Shown here one piece after another: positions 54,301 to 64,000 of a stretch of 64,000 nt of DNA. The notes below the pieces were generated by a model. The model had not been told where the DNA came from, ran no database searches, and was given only the letters and a program-made list of their open reading frames with translations. A program made the position numbers and the translations under genes. Position 1 is the first letter of the stretch. Each line of letters begins with the position of its first letter. Source of the DNA: an uncultured bacterium (lineage in GTDB: Bacteria > Pseudomonadota > Alphaproteobacteria > Rs-D84); contig CATNBF010000002.1 in the NCBI GenBank assembly GCA_950096895.1, positions 25,086 through 89,085 on the forward strand, read 5' to 3'.

Positions 54301-55959
54301 ATGAAACATCTAACAAGATTTTTGGTTTTTGCGTTATTCCTGGTTCCGGGGGTGGATGTGCATGCCACGGTGGCAACCACATCAGGGTCTAATTTAACGG
54401 CATATAACCCGAATATGGGGGCCATTAATAATAACAATTGGAATAATGCGTTGAATCCGCGAACGCCGGGCGGGGCGACGGGAAATGCATCGGCGAATTT
54501 TGGAAATTGTAATTCGGTGATCTTGCGCTGTGCCCAGCCAAAGTGTGCCACCGGCGGATGTGTATCGATGGATGTGGCAACCCCGATTGTGGCGGGGTGT
54601 GTTCAATCTAATGATGCGTGCAAGCAATATGGGGATGATCTGATTCAATCGATTGCGGCCCAATTGGTGGCCAGTTCGACGGCCAAGGCAAACCAGGCGG
54701 CAATGAACGCCCAGGCATCCGCGGCCCAGGCCGCCGCCGCCCAGTCGCAGCAGCAGTTACAACAGATGCAGGCCCAGATGCAGCAGATGCAATCCCAGAT
54801 GGCCCAACAGAATGCGGCCGCCACCCAACAATTACAGGCGGCAATCGAAGAACAGAAAAAAATTACGGCCCAGGCGGTTGCAGACGCCACCGCGGCCCAG
54901 GCCGCCGCAAATAATAGCGGGTTAAGCAATGCGCAGCTGGATGCGGCATCGAATGGGATATCGGCCGATGTCTTGGCCCGGCAACAAATTTCTGGGCAAA
55001 TCATGGACAAGGTTGATGGGGCCATGGTGGCCATGAAATCGTTAAAGGCGACGATGGAAAATGCGTTTGCCTATGCCGGATGTGATCGCAATGGGGACAA
55101 TTGTACGGGCCCCAAACGGGTCAAGATGTTCAAGGACAAGGCGGCAGATTTCTTTGATCCATATGAAAATGTCCTGGACGAGATTTATGATGCCTTGGTG
55201 ATGGCGCAATCACTGGGGGTGGATATTACCGATATTTACATGATGTTAAACGGGACATGTAATGCATGGGCCCAGTATTTATGTGCCGACGGCCAGGTGA
55301 TGCATTATACCAATCTGAATTGCGTTAACGGTCAATCGGAACCGGTCGGTGGCGTTACCAAAGCGGGTGTTTCATGTACCGTTGGCCAGGTGGTGCCCAT
55401 GTCGAATGGGGGATGCCAGCTGATTAAAATGTTGGCCAATGATGCAGAGGTGCAGCAGAACTGGCTTTATCCCGAAAGCGGGGATAACGGGGCCCAGGTA
55501 CGTGTTGGTTGTGCATCCGAAGCGTTAGAGAATTCGGTTCTGTTTCGTAACCGTAGCAAGCAGGCATCCATTGATATCGATGTCTTGCGCCGCATCATAG
55601 AGCAAGATGCCCCCAACATCGGGGTCAGTGCGTTTGGCAACAATACGCGGTCGGTTATTCCTGATGCGGTTAAATACTGTGCGGTTAATGCCGATACATA
55701 TGAAACATTGCAACAGGCGGCGTTGATGAAAAAGCTGCCAGAAAAAGTATGTGTGTCTGGAAATGCGTTAACACGTGATTTTGTGTCCAGTGCGCCGGTC
55801 GCCACGCAAGATTATGGGGCCCAGCTGGCGGCGGTGTTTGAATGTGAAGATTGGGCCAAGGGCCGCTATGTCAATGGGCGATGCATGTGCGGGGATCAGG
55901 TGATGGATCCTGATAAATCATACTGTGACGTGAATGGGTTTAACTATACGATAAAATGA
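54301..55959 (+). CDS. Secreted cysteine-rich protein with central Gln/Ala-rich coiled-coil (552 aa)
   Basis: Start taken at MKHLTRFLVFALFLVPGVDVHA (signal peptide). Contains a C-x6-C-x4-C-x4-C module (CNSVILRCAQPKCATGGC), a Q/A-rich repeat (QQLQQMQAQMQQMQSQMAQQ) and a Cys-rich C-terminal half. Confidence 0.65.
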   Translation: MKHLTRFLVFALFLVPGVDVHATVATTSGSNLTAYNPNMGAINNNNWNNALNPRTPGGATGNASANFGNCNSVILRCAQPKCATGGCVSMDVATPIVAGCVQSNDACKQYGDDLIQSIAAQLVASSTAKANQAAMNAQASAAQAAAAQSQQQLQQMQAQMQQMQSQMAQQNAAATQQLQAAIEEQKKITAQAVADATAAQAAANNSGLSNAQLDAASNGISADVLARQQISGQIMDKVDGAMVAMKSLKATMENAFAYAGCDRNGDNCTGPKRVKMFKDKAADFFDPYENVLDEIYDALVMAQSLGVDITDIYMMLNGTCNAWAQYLCADGQVMHYTNLNCVNGQSEPVGGVTKAGVSCTVGQVVPMSNGGCQLIKMLANDAEVQQNWLYPESGDNGAQVRVGCASEALENSVLFRNRSKQASIDIDVLRRIIEQDAPNIGVSAFGNNTRSVIPDAVKYCAVNADTYETLQQAALMKKLPEKVCVSGNALTRDFVSSAPVATQDYGAQLAAVFECEDWAKGRYVNGRCMCGDQVMDPDKSYCDVNGFNYTIK

Positions 55960-56705
55960 AACAGACAAAACGCGTTTTTATTGGTTTAATTGCTGCATTG
56001 GGGATGACGCCGATGTTGGGTTATGCGGCCGTTGATAATGGATGCGGGGTTGATGCCAACGATCATATTGCGGCGGAATTGGCCCTGTGTACAACGCATG
56101 CGTATAATATTGGTTTTGACATGAATCCTGGTACAGAATCAGAACGGCAATTAATGCGCGAAGTCATTGCCGCCAAGACCACAGTTATCACGCAACAGAT
56201 GTATAAACAGTATGAATATCTGGATGCAACGATTCGGCGTTTGAAAACCCAATTGGAAAAAGCGATTTTGACCACATCATTACAGGCGGCCGGTGCATCA
56301 GAAAGTCCCACAGGAACCATCGGGGCCGGTGTACGGGGCAATGACCGCAATGTTATTTTATCGGGGGCGGAAAACTGTTTGTTGAAATCGACGCCGTCTG
56401 ATGGATTAACATGTATCCAGAATAATATACGTATTGTTTTGAATGCGGTTGCGGCCGGTAATATTGGTGATGCCAAGCGGCAATTGGGCAAAGATCTGGA
56501 ATTTTCGCGCCAGTATGGGGTTATCGGGGGCAATACGGGCAAATATACCCTGGGGGCAACCGGGGCGACGTTTGATGATTGTAATCGGATGACGAACAGC
56601 CGTAATTCTGTTAATGATTGTGCCTATTCTTTGAATGTTCAGGTGATGAACAAAATCGATGAACGCAACCGGGAAAATCAGATGCAAAATAATCGATTTA
56701 TGTAA
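55956..56705 (+). CDS. Secreted hypothetical protein (249 aa), co-operonic with the Cys-rich proteins
   Basis: ATGA overlap with the previous gene. Signal peptide (VFIGLIAALGMTPMLGYA). 6 Cys arranged in pairs. Confidence 0.6.
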   Translation: MKQTKRVFIGLIAALGMTPMLGYAAVDNGCGVDANDHIAAELALCTTHAYNIGFDMNPGTESERQLMREVIAAKTTVITQQMYKQYEYLDATIRRLKTQLEKAILTTSLQAAGASESPTGTIGAGVRGNDRNVILSGAENCLLKSTPSDGLTCIQNNIRIVLNAVAAGNIGDAKRQLGKDLEFSRQYGVIGGNTGKYTLGATGATFDDCNRMTNSRNSVNDCAYSLNVQVMNKIDERNRENQMQNNRFM

Positions 56706-57706
56706 TCTGATTGGGATTTTATCTTGCTATATTTCTTTTTGTAAAAAATCATGGAATTCCGTGGGGCATGGATGGGTAGCGGCAATGTCCAAATTCATCA
56801 TCGAATTTTGATATTGGGGGTAATGTTTGACGGATCAATCGTGGGGGGGAATGGACACCGCCGATGGATCTGGAAATATGATGGCCGAAATCATAAACCC
56901 GGGGCGCAGAATTTTGAATGGATGATCTGGGCCCGATTCGCATCTGACCCAAACGGCAAGCGTGAATAATCCATGTATCTAAATCGGTTCTATTATTCGA
57001 TCCATGCGTCATAGTGCGACATTTTTTTGGATGCGGTGCCTGGGGGGGATAACACAACATGTCTGGGCCAGGCGAAATTAACACATACGAATTATTTGAC
57101 CCATCGAATGGGGAATTTTAGTTTATGATGGTGGCCCCGGTATCAATTATATTATTGTAAATATCATGGATCTGGTTTCGCCGCATCTTTTTTTTTAGGA
57201 GCAGAAAAAGCAAATAGATGTTCATGGCGCGCGGCCCCAGGGGCGGAAACATTCTATGGCCTGTGTTCTTTCCAGAACCATCAATGAAAACATAAATAAT
57301 GATGATGCGGCAAATATTGCATTGGGTGTATCTGGGGGGCTGGGCGGTATTCTATACATATCAATAGTGATAATGTGATGATTTAATATATTTGATGGGT
57401 ATTGTTGGGGATGTCTGATGGAAAATACCGGGGAATGTGAAAAGATCGGATATATCCCCATGGGAATGATGGGTCGGGCATAGGTACTTGGACCGTACCG
57501 GGGGACTTTTGTGATCATCAAGCACTTATTTATTGTTTGGGGTCGATAAAACCCAATCTTGTATGATTACAACATATGCCTTAGCCGATGATATTTGGAA
57601 AATTCGCCCCGCGGGGCGTCATGGGGTTTTTATGTCGGCGTTATTATTTATGGTCGTGGGGGGGAATGTGCCTTTGGGCCCGATCCGAATCGTTTTACGA
57701 TAACAA

Positions 57707-57733
57707 GAAACCGCCCATTTGGGCGGTTATTTG
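57707..57733 (-). terminator. Intrinsic terminator of the 57736-59022 gene
   Basis: aaccgccc-attt-gggcggtt. On the minus strand it is followed by tttcttgtt. Confidence 0.6.
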
Positions 57734-57735
57734 AT

Positions 57736-59022
57736 TTAAGGGCACAGGGCCAATTGATTTAACACATTTTGGATGTCCGTATTCACTGAAACAGTGATTT
57801 CTCGCTGTAGCCCATCGGTATAGGTGTACCAAAAGCGTGCCTGCTTAAATTCTGGGGCCGCGTCATAGGCCGCCTGGAACGGGGCCAGCATAGCATAAAA
57901 CCATTCACGATTTCGACACAGACACCCATTGCGGACGTCTGCGGCCACGGCCGCCGTGGCCGTATTGGGGTATTTTTCATCAAATTCTTTGTCTGTGGTC
58001 ATCAAGCACCGTGCCCCCAGATTATAGAAATTTGCATCATCGGCCATAAATTTATAGATCAGGCCGTTCGATGCCCCTGCCTGGCGCAGGGCATGGACCA
58101 TCCCATCGGTACAGCATGCGCGCGCATTATCCATTAACATTCGATAGCGGGATATTAATGGGGCCGCCAAGGGGTCATTACCTTTGATCTTGGGATCACA
58201 CAGGGCCGCATCAATAAACGCACCCATTTTATCATCGCGGATACGCGGACTGCGTGGGGAAACGCTTTCGCGGATCATGGGTTTACGCCGCCAAATGGCA
58301 CATTCGGCGTCTGTATCAAATGGGCATCCATCGTCAAACAGAACCGGTACCGGTTGAATAACCGTGGCAACCGCCGGACGCGGGGCCTTGGGTTGTGGAA
58401 CTGGCTTTTTTGCACATGGGTCACATGGGGCCGGTTGCGGGGCGGGCGTCGGCGATTCGCAATCGTTGCTTGTCGTTGTGTCCGTATCATCATCCCCCAG
58501 CCACAGGTTTTCCGACGGCCGATTGGGGGTCAACAGATTTTCAACCGCGTCGCGTGTGACAAAATCAGCCTGGTCAGAATAATAATAGATATCCATTGGG
58601 GAATACCAATCACTAAAATCCCGATCACGATAATGCGCCACCCCTTCATCCCAGATGGGTGCGCCATCGCGCCAATCAACGGTCTTGTCAAACTTTCGCG
58701 GGATGAAAGTCGCCTGGGTTCCATCCCAGGGCGCAGCCGCCACATTATTATGGTCAACCGGAACCAATGCGATTGGCCGTGGCATAACCGGCATCTGTAT
58801 CGCATAGGGTACAGCGTTAGTTATGACGGCATCATACTGATCAAACGATAGATCATTATAAGACGGTTCGCCCAAGGGTGTCGGTTCACCGATCATAACC
58901 TTGGGTTCATATTCAAATACGCATCCGTCACCAATGCATTCAGATGCGTGCCCACCAAACGCCCCGCATATACATACCAAGGCGGAAAATATAGCTGTTC
59001 TTGATTTCATAATACGAATCAT
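57736..59022 (-). CDS. Secreted Cys- and Pro-rich hypothetical protein (428 aa)
   Basis: Signal peptide (AIFSALVCICGAFGGHA), a Pro-rich linker (PTPAPQPAPCDPCAKKPVPQPKAPRPA) and about 20 Cys. I recognise no family. Confidence 0.65.
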   Translation of the reverse strand: MIRIMKSRTAIFSALVCICGAFGGHASECIGDGCVFEYEPKVMIGEPTPLGEPSYNDLSFDQYDAVITNAVPYAIQMPVMPRPIALVPVDHNNVAAAPWDGTQATFIPRKFDKTVDWRDGAPIWDEGVAHYRDRDFSDWYSPMDIYYYSDQADFVTRDAVENLLTPNRPSENLWLGDDDTDTTTSNDCESPTPAPQPAPCDPCAKKPVPQPKAPRPAVATVIQPVPVLFDDGCPFDTDAECAIWRRKPMIRESVSPRSPRIRDDKMGAFIDAALCDPKIKGNDPLAAPLISRYRMLMDNARACCTDGMVHALRQAGASNGLIYKFMADDANFYNLGARCLMTTDKEFDEKYPNTATAAVAADVRNGCLCRNREWFYAMLAPFQAAYDAAPEFKQARFWYTYTDGLQREITVSVNTDIQNVLNQLALCP

Positions 59023-59065
59023 ATCATAAAATCATTCAACATAAAAACAGAAATTTGTGATTTTT

Positions 59066-59202
59066 GGGGCTGGGATCGTCTTTTTTGTCGATAAAATCCG
59101 ATTCGATTCGGGTAAATTTGGTTTTTTATGGGGGAATTTTAGAAAACAGAATCGGTTTTTATGGCCTTTCGAATCGGATTTTAGATATTTTTGCCCAGCC
59201 CC
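59066..59202. repeat. Nested long inverted repeat in the divergent region upstream of the rRNA operon
   Basis: ggggctggg (59066-74) pairs with cccagcccc (59194-202). aaaatccgattcga (59093-106) pairs with tcgaatcggatttt (59169-82). A third gaatcgg+T-run copy lies at about 59149-59160. Confidence 0.6.
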
Positions 59203-59312
59203 AGGAAATAATGTTAAAAAAAATTTTAGACGAAAAATCCCAGAAATCCGGGATTTTTCCTGTTGACTTTTGGGAAAATGAAATTTTTTTGAAATTATTT
59301 TTGAAAAACCGC

Positions 59313-59341
59313 TTGACTTTTTGCGAAATAAAACACATACT
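59313..59341 (+). promoter_or_regulatory. Candidate rRNA operon promoter
   Basis: TTGACT (59313-18), a 17-nt spacer, then CATACT (59336-41), preceded by an A/T-rich UP-like stretch. A second TTGACTTTT copy lies 50 bp upstream at 59263. Confidence 0.4.
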
Positions 59342-59697
59342 GTGCGAGCTTTCAAGTTGGGAACGAAAAAAGAAAAAGAACTCAACCCCTGAAATTCTGC
59401 GGTTTACGGGATGACCAGAATAGGGTACCTGATAAATACGCAAACATTGTGAATAAAAGCAGCTCATCAAGATTTTTGATGCAAATCAAGAATCTGTTCA
59501 AGAAGGGATGTGCAGACAGTTGAATTTGGAACAATCCAAACTTTGACTAAGTCAAATGTGCATATCCTAGACAGGTAGTAGGTTTACATATTAAACCTCG
59601 TTAAAAACTTGTCTTGCGAATAAATATATGTAAAGACGAACTGATTATTATGTCAGTGTTGTTTTATGCACAGGGCTTAAACACCAAGTTTTTTTAG

Positions 59698-61198
<1,501 letters not shown>

Positions 61199-61282
61199 AT
61201 AGAGAATACCGTTTCCACGAAAACGGTCAAATCCGAATGCGACTGTCTGAATATCTCTTTTTGAACGCGCGTTTTTTCTGCT

Positions 61283-61359
61283 GGGTCAGTAGTTCAGTTG
61301 GTTAGAATGCCGCTCTGATACAGCGGAGGTCGAAGATTCGAGTTCTTCCTGACCCACCA
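61283..61359 (+). tRNA. tRNA-Ile (GAT) in the 16S-23S spacer
   Basis: GGGTCAGTAGTTCAGTTGGTTAGAATGCCGCTCTGATACAGCGGAGGTCGAAGATTCGAGTTCTTCCTGACCCACCA. The anticodon loop is CT-GAT-AC. Confidence 0.95.
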
Positions 61360-61647
61360 TTATTAAGATGAGGTTAGAATCAAAAACACAAAAATGTTTT
61401 TGATTCCAAATATTCCAATGAATATTCTCTGGAATCTGCTTTTATAGCAATATATTGTGAATCGGTTTTTATGTCGCAAATCAAGAAATTGATTTGTTGA
61501 ACATCGTAATAATCTCAAAAATCTTTCTAAATTAGAGTAATCACATATGTGATAATTCAATTAAGAAGCAAGAATCAACTTAAATGCTTAAAAAACTCAT
61601 TAAGTTCTTTTTAATGTTTGAAGACTTTCTCTTCAAGCATAAGATAA

Positions 61648-64000
<2,353 letters not shown>

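Noticed and set aside
56706-57735. Checked whether the 1-kb ORF-free region hides RNase P RNA, tmRNA or SRP RNA.
   Set aside because: I could not find the hallmark motifs on either strand: GAGGAAAGTCCGGGC or ACAGAACCCGGCTTA for RNase P, a GGGGCTGA 5' end with a GGTTCGA T-loop for tmRNA, or GGAAGCAGCC for SRP. A covariance-model scan would be needed to be certain.
59263-59268. The first TTGACT box upstream of the rRNA operon, considered as a second (P1-like) promoter.
   Set aside because: No acceptable -10 hexamer lies 16-18 nt downstream (only TTTTTG/TTTTGA). I kept only the second box (59313-59341) as a promoter candidate.
59032-59470. Four overlapping 69-117-aa ORFs on both strands upstream of the 16S gene.
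   Set aside because: The translations are low-complexity and K/F/I-rich, coming from A/T-rich repetitive promoter and leader DNA. They overlap each other in several frames and have no Shine-Dalgarno. I treat the stretch as non-coding regulatory sequence.

Overview
The window looks like a chromosomal segment of a Gram-negative alphaproteobacterium. Supporting markers are alpha-type SspB, RpoH, DUF4167, a YfgM-like/BamB-like pair, LptD/LptF-G/SurA, Skp and TolC. It ends in an rRNA operon whose 16S is unusually divergent at otherwise near-universal positions. That divergence, a type-2 (eukaryote-like) IleS and broken-up classical operons (no rimP or rbfA-truB around nusA-infB, no ybaB-recR after dnaX) suggest a fast-evolving, possibly host-associated lineage; this is inference only.

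Most of 1-44 kb is housekeeping:
- Core genes: gpsA, sspB, recF, der, rsmE, rluB-like, rpoH, ppa, efp, fba, rlmN, nusA, infB, ileS, nth, dnaX.
- A TolC-MacA-MacB-type efflux operon.
- tRNAs: Cys, Val, Thr, and Ile in the rRNA spacer.

I recognised no transposase, integrase, phage gene or CRISPR array.

The unusual content is:
1. An operon of three large paralogous proteins with type IV prepilin-like N-termini (44.7-48.6 kb), a small pilin-like gene behind dnaX, and co-operonic Zn-ribbon and secreted proteins. No pilus assembly machinery is in the window.
2. A cluster of four signal-peptide-bearing, cysteine-rich proteins with a repeated Cys module (50.7-59.0 kb). It includes a 1-kb ORF-poor stretch carrying three G7 tracts.
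3. Orphan type IV secretion parts: a VirD4/TraG-like coupling protein and a VirB2/TrbC-like pilin candidate.
4. A roughly 220-nt strongly structured RNA candidate with its own extended -10 element and terminator (22.0-22.2 kb).
5. An ileS leader with a promoter-like element, a 9-codon mini-ORF containing three consecutive Ile codons, and an intrinsic terminator.
6. Two tandem paralogous orphan genes next to tRNA-Thr.

All functional calls rest on motif recognition by eye from the ORF translations. No database search was run.
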